Part shown: positions 48,171 through 58,958 of the stretch, one piece after another
How positions within the stretch are numbered: the first letter of the stretch is position 1
How the letters are laid out: every line of letters begins with the position of its first letter
Source: Candidatus Krumholzibacteriia bacterium
GTDB lineage: Bacteria > Krumholzibacteriota > Krumholzibacteriia > LZORAL124-64-63
NCBI GenBank assembly: GCA_050174015.1
Contig: JBFXKG010000004.1
Location: 32,001-96,000 of the forward strand
DNA length: 64,000 nucleotides
Reading direction: 5' to 3'
Notes under the pieces: model-generated
Seen by the model: only the letters and a program-made list of their open reading frames with translations
Databases searched by the model: none
What the model was told of the DNA's origin: nothing
Position numbers and translations under genes: made by a program

Positions 48171-50261
48171 TCAGCCCGGGAATCCCAGCCATCGCCAGTA
48201 GCCGAGGAAGGCCCAGAGCCAGAGCACCGCGAAGCTCAACACGAACACGAAGGCCCCGTGCTTGAGGAAGTCTCCTTGCGTGACCAGCTGGCGGCCGGTC
48301 CGGGGATCCTTGCACAGGATGTACACCAGGGCGTTGGCCGGAGTCCCGATGATCAGCATGTGGGGGAAGGACGAGGCGAAAGCCGTCGCGAAGCCCACCA
48401 TCCAGGGATGGACGCCCGCGCTCTGGGCCATGGGCACCGCGATGGGTCCGATGGCCGCCACGGTTGCCCCGTCGCTCATGATGTTGGTCACCAGGCCGGT
48501 CAGGAAGCTGACCGCCATGGCCAGGCCGGCATTGCCCATCAATCCGCCCAGGGCCGTTCCGTCGGTCAGGCCGGACGGGAGCATGAGGACGAAGCCGCGG
48601 GCCAGGTAGAGCGCTCCTCCGGTCATGGCCAGGCCCTTGCCCAGGGCGCTGGCCCCGGCGTAGAGGAACACGACGTCCCAGTGGATCTTCGGGATCTCCG
48701 ACCACTTCAGCACGCCGGCGACGTTCAGCAGCACCAGCCCCAGCAGGACGGGCCCTCCCATGCCCAGGCGGGATCCCCCGAAGACCCACAGGGCCACCAC
48801 CAGGACGCCGACGGCCGCGGTCAGGTGCTCGTCCCGGTTCATCGGTCCGAGACGCTCGCTGCTGCGCCTGGCGATGCCGGCCACGTCCAGGCTCAGGCCG
48901 TCGGGGAACGCGGCAAGCAGGCGGCCCCGGAAGGTCACGAAGAAGTATGCCGCCAGGACCAGCGCCGCCACCGGCACGAAGGGCATGCCGTACTTCATCC
49001 ACTGGGCGAAGGTGGGCGCCTTCCCGTAATCGGTGAGGATGCCGATCATCACGGCGTTGCGGCCGCCGGCGGCCGGGGAACCGGGGCCGCCCAGGTTCGA
49101 GGCGTAGCACAGCATCAGCGCGAACAGGACCAGCAGCTGCCGCTGCCGGTCCTCGCCCTGCCCCTGCCCCGGGCTCGTGACCGTCTCCCGGTAGACGGCG
49201 ACGAACAGCGGCATCATCAGGGCGATGAGGATGGTCTCCGAGATGAACGAACAGGCCAGTGCGAACAGCGGCAGAAAGACGAAGAGAAGGCGTCCCAAAC
49301 CCCGCACCGGGCCCAGCAGGAACATGGCGATGCGCCGGTCCAGCCCCGTTCCGCTGATCACCCGGGACAGCACCAGGACCCCGAAGATGAACACGACGGA
49401 GTCCTTGGCGAAGGCCTGGGTGATGCCGTCTGGACGCATGATCCCCCCGAAGTACATCACCGTCGCCACGACCAGGGCGGTGATGCCGAGGGGCACCGCG
49501 CCCGTGGCCCAGAACAGCGCAGCGACCACGATCAGGCCGATCATCAACTGGGCCCGGCCGGCGGCATCGCGGGCAAGGTCGGGTCCCTCCCACAGGCCGG
49601 GCGGGCGATAATGCTCGCGGACGAACTGCGCGATGGTCTGCCCGTCGTCCATGGCCGCATACTGGGGATAGCCCGCGATCACGTCGATGGCGCGGTGGCC
49701 GCTCTTGGGGATGTCAAGCAGGCGGATGAGCCCCTGAGGCGGGGGCGCCAGCCAGGCGACCAGCATGAGCGCCAGACCCAGCAGAATGATCAGGGGCCGC
49801 GAATTGGCGCTGCCCAGCAGCCGGCTGCGCCAGCCGGGACCCTTCCTGACGGGCATGTTGTGGCGCGCCAGGGCGTGGGTCTTCTCCCGGGCCGCACTCC
49901 GGATCGCCGTGACCAGATCGTGGGTGGCTGCGGGTTTGGCCAGGTACCGGTAGGCGCCCAGCTTGCCCGCCTCGGTGGCGGACTCCACCGTCCCGTAGCC
50001 CGTCAACATGATCACCTGGATCTCGGCCCGGAAGGCCTTGATCTCCTGCAGGGTCCGGGCGCCGTCCATCCCCGGCATCTTGCGGTCCAGGACCACCACG
50101 TCGATGGACGGATCCTGGCGCACCCGGCGGACCGCGTCCTCACCGTCCCCGGATTGCTGCACGTCGAGCCCCCGCAGGATCAGCCGCTCGGCCAGGGCTT
50201 CGCGGAACTGCGGCTCGTCGTCGACGAGCAGGACCTTCAGCGGCTGGGTGCCGGGCGCCAT
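48171..50261 (-). CDS. Receiver domain fused to SLC13/DASS family permease
   Basis: VLLVDDE...DRKMPGMDG...YLAKP, then many TM helices with ASNLGGPGSPAAGGRN, TNIMSDGA, IIGTPANA. Confidence 0.85.
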   Translation of the reverse strand: MAPGTQPLKVLLVDDEPQFREALAERLILRGLDVQQSGDGEDAVRRVRQDPSIDVVVLDRKMPGMDGARTLQEIKAFRAEIQVIMLTGYGTVESATEAGKLGAYRYLAKPAATHDLVTAIRSAAREKTHALARHNMPVRKGPGWRSRLLGSANSRPLIILLGLALMLVAWLAPPPQGLIRLLDIPKSGHRAIDVIAGYPQYAAMDDGQTIAQFVREHYRPPGLWEGPDLARDAAGRAQLMIGLIVVAALFWATGAVPLGITALVVATVMYFGGIMRPDGITQAFAKDSVVFIFGVLVLSRVISGTGLDRRIAMFLLGPVRGLGRLLFVFLPLFALACSFISETILIALMMPLFVAVYRETVTSPGQGQGEDRQRQLLVLFALMLCYASNLGGPGSPAAGGRNAVMIGILTDYGKAPTFAQWMKYGMPFVPVAALVLAAYFFVTFRGRLLAAFPDGLSLDVAGIARRSSERLGPMNRDEHLTAAVGVLVVALWVFGGSRLGMGGPVLLGLVLLNVAGVLKWSEIPKIHWDVVFLYAGASALGKGLAMTGGALYLARGFVLMLPSGLTDGTALGGLMGNAGLAMAVSFLTGLVTNIMSDGATVAAIGPIAVPMAQSAGVHPWMVGFATAFASSFPHMLIIGTPANALVYILCKDPRTGRQLVTQGDFLKHGAFVFVLSFAVLWLWAFLGYWRWLGFPG

Positions 50262-51751
50262 CCTCTCTCCTGCACGAGATCGAGCGGAAGCTCGATGGTG
50301 AATTCGCTGCCCTTGCCGGGCTCCCCGACGGCTCCGAGGCTGCCGCCCAGTCCCTCGATGATGCCGTAACTCACGCTCAGGCCCAGGCCGGTGCCACGGC
50401 CGGGGGCCTTGGTCGTGTAGAAAGGCATGAAGATCCTCTCGTGCTGCTCGGGCGTCAACCCCACGCCCGTGTCCTTCACCTTGATGGTGAACGAGGACGC
50501 CCGTTTCCGCGTGGTCAGGGTGATGGTCCCCTCCCCGGAAACGGCATCCACCGCGTTCTTGACCAGGTTCACCAGGACCTGCCGCAAGCGGTCGGCGTCG
50601 GTGACCACCGGGGGCAGGGCGGGGTCGAAATCCCGGACCACCGTGACGCCTCTGGTCTTGAGCTCCGGCCCCAGCAACCCCTCAAGCAGGTCTTCGATCA
50701 GCTGGTGGACGTCGGCCGCCTTGAGGGTGACGCCGGTCTGCCGGACGAACCCCAGCAGCTGGCGGGTGATGCCGGTGCACCGGTAGACGGCCGATTCGAT
50801 GGCCTCGATGTGACCGGCGATCTCCTCGGGCGAGGGCCCCCGCCCGAACGCCGGATCGAGCAGGTCCTTGATCAGGCCTGCCTTCTCCGCCACCACGGCC
50901 AGCGGGTTGTTGATCTCGTGGGCGATGCCCGAGGCCAGTTCCCCCACCGACGCCAGACGGGCCGCGTGGATCAGCTGGCGGTTGAGCTGCCGCTCCTTCT
51001 GCCAGGCCTGGAATTGCTGGTGGGCGACCCAGCGGGCCTGGACGAAGACGACCAGCCCGCCGACCAGGCAGAACAGGCCCGTGAAGATCCAGATGTTGGT
51101 CGTGAAGTCCCGACGCAGCCCTCCGGGGGGCTGGGCGAATCCCTCGTCCATCCCGGTCTGGGCCGGGGCTGCGTCCGGGGAAAGGGCGGCGCGCAGGATC
51201 CGGGTCTGGCCGCCCGGCACGAGCTTGACCGCCATGGTGAAGTGGGGGCGTCCCCGGAATCCCAGGTAGACGTCGGTGATCACGTGGAAGGCGTCCCCAT
51301 CCTGCAGGCGTCCGAACCAGCCTTCGGCGGCGTAGTTGCGCCCCTTCAGTTCGGGGAAGGGTCCCGCGTATTCCAGGACCCGGCCCCCGGAGTCCAGGAC
51401 GGCCAGGTCGACGAACGACTCGCTGATGGCCTGCAGTTCTGCCAGGCGGTCCCGCAGGAATTCCGGAGAAGGCCGGACCAGCGCCAGGGGGTCGTCGGTC
51501 AGACCGGTCAGGTTGAGCAGCCTGTCCCCCAGGAACCCCTCGAGCATGGCGGCCTGGTGGGCGGCCAGGGATTGGCGGTGGCGCTCCTCGGTGTCCCGGA
51601 TGAAGAGGCGGTACTGGAGATGGAAGAACAAGGCCAGCAGGAGCAGGGGAACGAAGTAGAGCAGCACCAGACGCGCCAGGGCGTGCCGCAGGAGATCCCG
51701 ATACAGGGACCGCTGCATGGTTTCGGTTTCGCTGCGAACCCGCTCGCTCAT
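50237..51751 (-). CDS. Membrane sensor histidine kinase (Cache-like periplasmic domain)
   Basis: Two TM segments; VITDVYLGFRGRPHF; GIAHEINNPL, NLVKNA, DTGVG, PFYTTK, GTGLGLS. Confidence 0.9.
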   Translation of the reverse strand: MSERVRSETETMQRSLYRDLLRHALARLVLLYFVPLLLLALFFHLQYRLFIRDTEERHRQSLAAHQAAMLEGFLGDRLLNLTGLTDDPLALVRPSPEFLRDRLAELQAISESFVDLAVLDSGGRVLEYAGPFPELKGRNYAAEGWFGRLQDGDAFHVITDVYLGFRGRPHFTMAVKLVPGGQTRILRAALSPDAAPAQTGMDEGFAQPPGGLRRDFTTNIWIFTGLFCLVGGLVVFVQARWVAHQQFQAWQKERQLNRQLIHAARLASVGELASGIAHEINNPLAVVAEKAGLIKDLLDPAFGRGPSPEEIAGHIEAIESAVYRCTGITRQLLGFVRQTGVTLKAADVHQLIEDLLEGLLGPELKTRGVTVVRDFDPALPPVVTDADRLRQVLVNLVKNAVDAVSGEGTITLTTRKRASSFTIKVKDTGVGLTPEQHERIFMPFYTTKAPGRGTGLGLSVSYGIIEGLGGSLGAVGEPGKGSEFTIELPLDLVQERGWRPAPSR

Positions 51752-52012
51752 GGACCTGCTCCCCCGGGGCCGACCGGAACCTGATCCGCTCCATCATAAC
51801 ACCCGGCCAGGCCCTGAGATACCTCCGTCCCTCCCGGATTCCCACCCGTTCAGGATAATCCGACCCGGTCTCGCTCGCCCCGCGGCCGGGCCCGGATTCC
51901 TGGAAATACCCCTTCCGGCGACTTACCATTGTCATGGCCCAGCAGGACCCTCGGCATTCCCGGAGCCGGCCCTCCGACCGCGGGTCCCTCACCATCACCC
52001 CGGAGAGCAGCC

Positions 52013-54979
52013 ATGCCCGCCCGACTGCGCAGTTCCCTGTTCACCTTCCTGATCTATCTCGCGTTCTTCGCCTCCGGGGCCGCCAGCCTCATCGCCGAGG
52101 TGACCTGGAACCGCATGCTCATCGTGGTGGTGGGCAACAGTTTGAACGCCGCCGCCATGGTCATCGTGATCTTCATGGGCGGACTGGGCCTCGGGTCCTG
52201 GATCGGGGGACGCGCCTTCAGCCGCCGGCAGGTCTCCCTCCGGCCCTACTTCCTGCTGGAGGCTGCCATCGGGCTGTACGTGCTGGCCTCGCCCGTCCTG
52301 TTCGACCTGTTGACGGGCATGTTCGCCGGCCTGGCCGAAACCGTGGATCACCGCACCCTGCTGACGGTGGTGCGCCTCGCGGTCACCATGCTGGCCCTGC
52401 TGCTGCCCGCCACCCTGATGGGCGCCACCTTTCCCGCCATGGTCAGCGGCACCGCGCAGTCCGACGCCTTCCGGCGCACCGCCCGCACCGGCTACCTCTA
52501 CAGCCTCAACACCCTGGGCGCCGCCCTGGGCTGCTTCGCCGCAGGTTACCACCTGCTGCTGGAGCTCGGCGTGCAGACGACCCTGAACATCGCCATGGGC
52601 ATGTACGCCCTGGCGGCCCTGGGCGGCCTGCTCGCCAACTTCCTGCGCGGTCCGGCCGGCGGACCCGCGCAGGAGCCTGCGGCCCCGGCCGCGGAGGGGC
52701 CCGGATCGATTCCCGTGCGGTTCCTCGCCGTCGCCACGTTCCTGGTCGGGTTCGTCTCCCTTGCCTACCAGGTCCTGCTGACCCGCATCAGCATCCTCTA
52801 TCTCGGCAACTCGATCTCCGTGTTCCCCCTGGTCCTGACGGCCTTCCTGCTGGGCACCGGATTCAGCGCCGTCGCCGGCACCTGGCTCTTCGGCGCCCTT
52901 CAGCGCGCCGGCCGCGGGGCCCTGCGCCTGTTCGGCGTCCTGTCGGCGGCGGCAGGAGCCCTGATCATCGCCGCACCCTACGTCCTGCTCAGCGACCTGA
53001 TCACCGGCAAGGGGCACTTCCTGCAGATCGCCGACGCCGCCCCGCGCAACCCCTTGCCCATCCTGGCGGTGCTGATCGGCCCGACCATCTTCATCGGCGC
53101 CCTGCTGCCCGTGGCCATCCGCATCCTCAACGCCCGGGCCGCGGGGGACAACACCCGCGCCGCGGCGAACATCTATTCCCTGAACACCGCGGGGGGCCTG
53201 ATCGGCGCCGGCATCGCCAACCACCTCCTGGTTCCGGCGGTGGGCATGCAGGGCACGCTGCTGCTGCTGACCGGCCTGTGCCTGCTGATCGGCCTGTGGA
53301 ACCTGCTGGACCCCCGCGGCGGAACCCGCCGCCTGCCCGCCGCCGCGGCCGCCGGACTGGGCCTGGCCCTGGTCCTCTTCTTCGCCCTGCCCCACCTGAC
53401 GATCATGTACGCCGAGAAGATCGCGAATTCCACGGACGCGGCCGAGGCCGACATCCGGCTGGTCCACGAAGGCCGCGCCGCCACCGTCACCGTGCTGGAC
53501 ATCAAGGACCGGCGCATGGGCGAGTACCGGGACATGTTCCTCAACGGGGTCGAGGAAGCGTCCACCCGCTTCTGGCACGTCCAGCTCTTCAAGCTGCTGG
53601 GCATGCTGCCGGCGGTGACCCACGAGCGGCAGGAGGACCTGGACGCCATGGTCATAGCCTTCGGCGCCGGCATCACGGCCGGATCGGTGCTGGCCTCGCC
53701 GGCGGTGCGTTCCCTCGACGTGGTCGACCTGAACCCCGATATCGAGGGCATCAACGACCTGTTCACCGAGGTCAACGGCGACGTCTTCCACGACCCCCGC
53801 TTCCACTTCGCCAACGACGACGGCCGCAACTACCTGGTCACCTCGCACAAGAAGTACGACCTGATCGTCAGCGACTCCACTCACCCGCGGGCCTACGACA
53901 GCTGGATCCTCTACACCGAGGAGTTCTACGAGTCCGTGAAGCAGCGCCTGGCCCCCGACGGGATCTTCGCCCAGTGGGTGCCGGTGCTGGGGTCGATGCG
54001 CGGGCAGCTGTTCCGGATCCACCTGAACACCTTCCGCACCGTCTTCCCCACCGCCACCTACTGGTACGTGTACGGCTCGGATCAGGCCTTCCTCATGGCC
54101 ACTCCGGAATCCTACTGGCTGGATGCGCCCACGATCCAGGCCCGCCTGGACCTGCTGCCCGACTGGTTCAAGGCCGAGCACTACCAGATCGACACCGTCA
54201 CCCGCCTGGCGGGGTTCTTCTGGCTGGACGAAGCCGCCATGGCGCGCATGATCGGGCCCGAATCCCGCATCAACCGCGACCACCTGCACTACTTCGACAA
54301 GCAGTCGGCCGTCTTTCCGCTGCCGCCGCAGTTCCAGGCGCCCATGTTCCAGACCTCGATCCTTCCCCACCTCACGGGCGGGGATGCCGACCTGTCCGAA
54401 GCGGTGCGCAGGGAACAGCGGACGGCCCGCCGCCTGGGCAACTTCGCCTACTACGTCAACACCGACGAACTGCACCGGGCCTGGTGCGAGGATCCGGGGA
54501 ACGGCAACGCCGTCTACTGGATGGAGCGGGCCTTCCAGGGCGAACTGCCCGAAGCGGCGTCCTTCTGCGTGGACGTGGAACTGAAGAGCTTCCTCGCCCT
54601 GCTGGAGCAACACCCCGACAACTCCCAGGCCCTGAACGCGGTGGCCGACATCCTGGCCGGCGCCGGGCGCCTGACCGAGGCCCGGGAATACGCCCGGAGG
54701 GCCCTGGATCTGGCCCCGGACGACGGTCCGGTCCTCGACACCTACGGCTGGATTCTGGTCCTCACAGGCGACACCACGGCAGGAATCGCGTACCTGGAGA
54801 AGTCGCTGGCCGCCCTGCCGGGACATCCCATCGTGCTCTACCATCTTGGGGCGGCCCACCAGCGCGCCGGGAACGACTCCGAAGCCCGCGACTTCCTCGA
54901 CCGCGCCCTGGCGAGGGAGAGCGAGCTGCCCTACGCCGCCGAGGCTCGCGATCTGCGGGAGAAGCTCGGGATCCGCTGA
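52013..54979 (+). CDS. Fused membrane domain / spermidine synthase-like methyltransferase with C-terminal TPR
   Basis: FFASGAASLIAEVTW, LMGATFP, YSLNTLG, IAFGAGIT, DDGRNYL, LYTEEFY, LDTYGW TPR. Confidence 0.85.
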   Translation: MPARLRSSLFTFLIYLAFFASGAASLIAEVTWNRMLIVVVGNSLNAAAMVIVIFMGGLGLGSWIGGRAFSRRQVSLRPYFLLEAAIGLYVLASPVLFDLLTGMFAGLAETVDHRTLLTVVRLAVTMLALLLPATLMGATFPAMVSGTAQSDAFRRTARTGYLYSLNTLGAALGCFAAGYHLLLELGVQTTLNIAMGMYALAALGGLLANFLRGPAGGPAQEPAAPAAEGPGSIPVRFLAVATFLVGFVSLAYQVLLTRISILYLGNSISVFPLVLTAFLLGTGFSAVAGTWLFGALQRAGRGALRLFGVLSAAAGALIIAAPYVLLSDLITGKGHFLQIADAAPRNPLPILAVLIGPTIFIGALLPVAIRILNARAAGDNTRAAANIYSLNTAGGLIGAGIANHLLVPAVGMQGTLLLLTGLCLLIGLWNLLDPRGGTRRLPAAAAAGLGLALVLFFALPHLTIMYAEKIANSTDAAEADIRLVHEGRAATVTVLDIKDRRMGEYRDMFLNGVEEASTRFWHVQLFKLLGMLPAVTHERQEDLDAMVIAFGAGITAGSVLASPAVRSLDVVDLNPDIEGINDLFTEVNGDVFHDPRFHFANDDGRNYLVTSHKKYDLIVSDSTHPRAYDSWILYTEEFYESVKQRLAPDGIFAQWVPVLGSMRGQLFRIHLNTFRTVFPTATYWYVYGSDQAFLMATPESYWLDAPTIQARLDLLPDWFKAEHYQIDTVTRLAGFFWLDEAAMARMIGPESRINRDHLHYFDKQSAVFPLPPQFQAPMFQTSILPHLTGGDADLSEAVRREQRTARRLGNFAYYVNTDELHRAWCEDPGNGNAVYWMERAFQGELPEAASFCVDVELKSFLALLEQHPDNSQALNAVADILAGAGRLTEAREYARRALDLAPDDGPVLDTYGWILVLTGDTTAGIAYLEKSLAALPGHPIVLYHLGAAHQRAGNDSEARDFLDRALARESELPYAAEARDLREKLGIR

Positions 54980-54998
54980 CGGAGGTCCGCGGGCAGGA

Positions 54999-57900
54999 TC
55001 AGCTCCTGTCCGCGGAATCCAGGACCCCGCGCACGGCCGTGAGCAGGCCTTCGGGGCTGAACGGCTTCTTCAGGTACGGCTGGTCCCCCGTCAGGAGGTC
55101 TCGGCCGTCGAGGATGTCCTGCGGATAGCCCGACATGAACAGGAAGGGCGTCCGGTGACCCCGGGTGCGGACGGCGAGCATGAGATCCTGGCCCGACATG
55201 TCCGGCATGACGACGTCCGAAAGGACCAGGTCGGGGCTGCAATCCTCCGCACTCAGCAATTCCAGCGCGGCCAGCGGCCCCTCCGCGAGATTCACCCGGT
55301 ATCCGTTCCGTTCCAGGATGGTGGACGTGATCTGCCCCACCTGCGGATCGTCCTCCACCACCAGGACGGACTCCCGGCCCTTCAGCGTGGCGGGTTCCCG
55401 TTTCTCCTCCGCTTCCGCCCCGGTCTCCGGGCCGGCCACGGGCAGGTAGATCAGGAAGGTCGCCCCGCGGCCCACCTCGGTCTCGACCGTGATGTGGCCG
55501 CCGCATGCGTCGAGGATCCCGACGGTGGTCGCCAGGCCCAGGCCCGTGCCGCGGCCGACGTCCTTGGTCGTGAAGAACGGCTCGAAGATGCGATCCAGGT
55601 TCTCCGGCGGAATGCCCGGGCCGGAATCGGTGATCCCGGTGACGATGAAATCCCCGCCGAACCGCTTGCCGCACCCCCGGCAGACCAGACCCTCCTCCTG
55701 CACCCGCTCGACCTTCAGGGAGATGACCCCTCCCTGGGGCATGGCGTCCCGCGCGTTGACCAGCAGGTTGAAGACCACCTGTTCGAACTGCGAGGGGTCC
55801 GCCAGGACCGGGGGAAGGTCCGCCGGGGTCTCGCAGCGCAGGTCGATCTCCTCGCCCAGCATCCTGCCCAGCAACGCGTGGTTGGACCGGAGCATCTCCG
55901 ACGGCCGCATCAGCACGGAACAGCCCGGCTGCTTGCGGGAATACGTCAACAGCTGCCGGGTGAGGGCCGCGGCCTTGGCCGCGGTCTGGGAGATCATCCC
56001 GATCTCCTTGGCCATCGGGTGGTCCGGGCCGGCATCCAGCTGCATCATTTCCACGCAACCGGTGATCACCGTCAGCAGGTTGTTGAAATCGTGCGCGATG
56101 CCCCCCGCCAGACGGCCCACGGTCTCGAGCTTCCGGGCATGGTTCAGCTGGGCCTCCAGCAGGAGCCGCTCCTCCTCCGCCTCCCGCACCGAGGTGATGT
56201 CCCTCAGGATGGAGACCACGTGATCCTTGCCTTCCATCTGGACGAGATTGCTGGAAAGCAGCAGGAACTGAGGCTTCCCCTCGGCGTCCGGCAACTGGAT
56301 CTCCAGGTTGCGGGCCTTCCCGCTGCGGACCAGCTCGCTGACCAGGACCCGGCGGCCTTCGCCACCCCGCCAGAGGGGCAGGTCCGCCGCATCCATTCCC
56401 GAAAGGGTCTCAAGGTCCATTCCCACCAGCTCCTGGAAGCGGGGGTTGGCGTCCACGAACCTTCCCTCGGGGAAGGAGGTGATGGCGATGCCGTCGGGGC
56501 TGGTCGCGAAGGCCAGCTTGAACCGTTCCTCGATGATCTTGTTCTCCACCAGATCCCAGGCGAGATCGGCCAGCTTCTCCACCAGGCCCAGGTCCCCCTC
56601 GTGGTAGGGGGCCTCCTTGTTCCCCACCACCATCAGGGCGACGACCCTCCCCCTCCGGAAGATGGGGACCGTCAGCTGCCGCACGACCGGAGCATGTCCC
56701 TCGGGCATGCCCTTCCGATCGACCAAGGATTCGAAATCGTTGTATATCAATGACTTGTGCTGGCGCAGGGCGTCCGCCCACACCCCCGCGGTGCGCACCG
56801 GATAGTGGCGTTCCGTGACCGCCGCGGTGCACATGGTCTCGACCGTGTTGGACGACCAGGCCTGCAGGGTGAGGTTCTGCTCGTCCTCGTCGGCGAAGTG
56901 GAAGAACCCGATGCTGCTGCCGGTCAGGGCTTCGACCTCGTCGAGGACCGCCTGCATCAGCCCGGCCAGATCTCGGCCGTGGGACAGGTTTTCCAGCTTG
57001 ACCCTCGCCTCCAGGAGGGTCTGGTTCAGGCGGCGCTCGGAGATGTCCCGGATGAAGGCCATGCCCCGTTCATACCCCGCCCCCAGGTAGGTCACTCCGA
57101 CCTCCACGTCGATCACTCGCCCATCCTTGCGCCGGTGCCTGGTCTCGAAGCGCAGGTAGCCCCTGTCCGCCATTTCCTGCAGGTGCCGTCTCGTATCCTC
57201 GCGGGTCTCGGCAGCGTCGATGTCGCCGATGTGCTTGCCCACCAGCTCGTGGAGGGGATACCCCAGCATGGTCGAAGCGGCCTGGTTCGCGTCGAGGATG
57301 ATGCCCTGCCCGTCGACCAGCCAGAATCCGTCCAGGGCAGCCTCGACGAAGCTGGCGTATTCGCTCTCCCGGGCCAGGCGGTCCGAGATGTCCATCCCGA
57401 CCAGGCCCAGCTGCTGCTTCCCGCCGCCGTCCTTTCCCAGCCGGAACAGGACGGACTCGATGGCCATCCGCCGACCGTCCGAATCGACGTATTGCTCCCG
57501 GAAGGACTGGGGGCGGCCGGTGGAGGCCACGGCCCGGATCCGCTCGTGGACGGCTCCCCGCCCTTCCCGGGTCGCGAGGTCCCAGACGGAATCGGCCTGC
57601 AGGGCCCCGGCTTCGCCGGAAGCCAGACGCCTGGCGGCGGGGTTCTGCTCCCTGATCAGGCCGTCCTCGTCCAGGATCACCATGGGCACGGTCATGTGAT
57701 CAAGGAACCGCCGCCACTGCTGCGACAGCATCTTCAACTCGGCCGAGCGCCGGCGATAGTCGGAGAACAGGGTCGCGTAGGGCTGACTCAACCCCAGCCG
57801 GATGAGGGCGAAATACAGCAAGCCGAAGGAAATGGTCTTGACGACGTGGCCGACGATGCCGGCGACGCCATCGACGTCCGACTTGGCCAGGAAGATGAGC

Positions 57901-58604
57901 TCGGAGAGGACGGAAGCGACCAACGCCAGCCGGAACCCCTGGAAGAGACCCCGGGCGAGTTCCTGCCTCCGCCGGGTCATGAGGACCACGGCTGCCAGCA
58001 GGCCAGCGCTGACCGCGGCCTCCGAAGCCATCTTGAACGGGGTCGGGCCGTGGCCATCCCGCCAGCAGGCCGGGAACGCTTCCCAGTGCAGGATGACCGC
58101 CAGCAGCAGGAGCGCCCCCGCGCTCAGGCCCAGCAGGAAGAGGCGGCTGGAAACCCGCCGGCCCAGGGTGAGCGCGAACAGCAGCCAGCCCCCGGTTTCG
58201 AGGTACCGGGCCCCGACCCACAGCTGGGTCGCCAGATCGGCCCCCTCGTGATTCAGGATCGGTGTCATGCCCTGGTAGCTGAATGCGTGCAGGAGGTGGA
58301 TCAAGCCGACCCAGGCGTAGGCCCCGCTGAGGACCACCAGGGCTTCGTTCCGGATGAACCGGCGGGCGTTCCAGACCAGCATGAACACGCCCCAGGCCAC
58401 CGCCACGGCGACGAGTTCGGCCAGGGTGTGGAACATCAGGAAAGGAAAGGGAGAATCTGCGAGCAGGAGCGTCAGCGTGATCCCCACGCCGGCCAGGCCG
58501 ATGATTCCCAGCCAGGAAAATCCCCGGGTCGGGCCCTGGGGACCGTCCGGTCGGGGTTCCTCACGGCTGATCCTCGGATCCGCCATCTGGGGCGCTTGGG
58601 ACAT
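54999..58604 (-). CDS. Hybrid histidine kinase (MASE3-PAS-PAS-GAF-PAS-HisKA-HATPase-REC)
   Basis: FHTLAEL...HAFSYQGM...ATQLW MASE3; FETRHRRKDG; GVWADA GAF; GGIAHDFNNLL; DVVMPDMSG; LKKPF. Confidence 0.9.
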   Translation of the reverse strand: MSQAPQMADPRISREEPRPDGPQGPTRGFSWLGIIGLAGVGITLTLLLADSPFPFLMFHTLAELVAVAVAWGVFMLVWNARRFIRNEALVVLSGAYAWVGLIHLLHAFSYQGMTPILNHEGADLATQLWVGARYLETGGWLLFALTLGRRVSSRLFLLGLSAGALLLLAVILHWEAFPACWRDGHGPTPFKMASEAAVSAGLLAAVVLMTRRRQELARGLFQGFRLALVASVLSELIFLAKSDVDGVAGIVGHVVKTISFGLLYFALIRLGLSQPYATLFSDYRRRSAELKMLSQQWRRFLDHMTVPMVILDEDGLIREQNPAARRLASGEAGALQADSVWDLATREGRGAVHERIRAVASTGRPQSFREQYVDSDGRRMAIESVLFRLGKDGGGKQQLGLVGMDISDRLARESEYASFVEAALDGFWLVDGQGIILDANQAASTMLGYPLHELVGKHIGDIDAAETREDTRRHLQEMADRGYLRFETRHRRKDGRVIDVEVGVTYLGAGYERGMAFIRDISERRLNQTLLEARVKLENLSHGRDLAGLMQAVLDEVEALTGSSIGFFHFADEDEQNLTLQAWSSNTVETMCTAAVTERHYPVRTAGVWADALRQHKSLIYNDFESLVDRKGMPEGHAPVVRQLTVPIFRRGRVVALMVVGNKEAPYHEGDLGLVEKLADLAWDLVENKIIEERFKLAFATSPDGIAITSFPEGRFVDANPRFQELVGMDLETLSGMDAADLPLWRGGEGRRVLVSELVRSGKARNLEIQLPDAEGKPQFLLLSSNLVQMEGKDHVVSILRDITSVREAEEERLLLEAQLNHARKLETVGRLAGGIAHDFNNLLTVITGCVEMMQLDAGPDHPMAKEIGMISQTAAKAAALTRQLLTYSRKQPGCSVLMRPSEMLRSNHALLGRMLGEEIDLRCETPADLPPVLADPSQFEQVVFNLLVNARDAMPQGGVISLKVERVQEEGLVCRGCGKRFGGDFIVTGITDSGPGIPPENLDRIFEPFFTTKDVGRGTGLGLATTVGILDACGGHITVETEVGRGATFLIYLPVAGPETGAEAEEKREPATLKGRESVLVVEDDPQVGQITSTILERNGYRVNLAEGPLAALELLSAEDCSPDLVLSDVVMPDMSGQDLMLAVRTRGHRTPFLFMSGYPQDILDGRDLLTGDQPYLKKPFSPEGLLTAVRGVLDSADRS

Positions 58605-58766
58605 CCAGCCAAATCCCCCCTGAACGATAGGAGAAATTGCTTTACTGAAAATCTTTATACAACGATCAGGGGGTAAGATGGAATTAAATTATGGGATTCC
58701 AACAAATTCATCGCATTCCGGTCCTGGTCCGCAGGGAACCGGACCGGATCCGGAACACGGGTGGGT

Positions 58767-58958
58767 CTAGCGGGGAGGCAGGTCGTGGAGATCCTGGAGT
58801 TTCACTGGGTCCTTGCCGGCGAGGGGGCAGCTTTCCGCGGATCCGCAAGTGGAACACATCTTCTTGCTGCGCAAGGACTTGATGAAAGAACGAACGGCCC
58901 AGCCCGCAGCCAGCAGGACGATGATCACCACGACCATGGTATCGATGGACGGTTTCAT
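58767..58958 (-). CDS. FeoB-associated Cys-rich membrane protein
   Basis: Coupled to the feoB stop; TM helix then CSTCGSAESCP. Confidence 0.75.
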   Translation of the reverse strand: MKPSIDTMVVVIIVLLAAGWAVRSFIKSLRSKKMCSTCGSAESCPLAGKDPVKLQDLHDLPPR

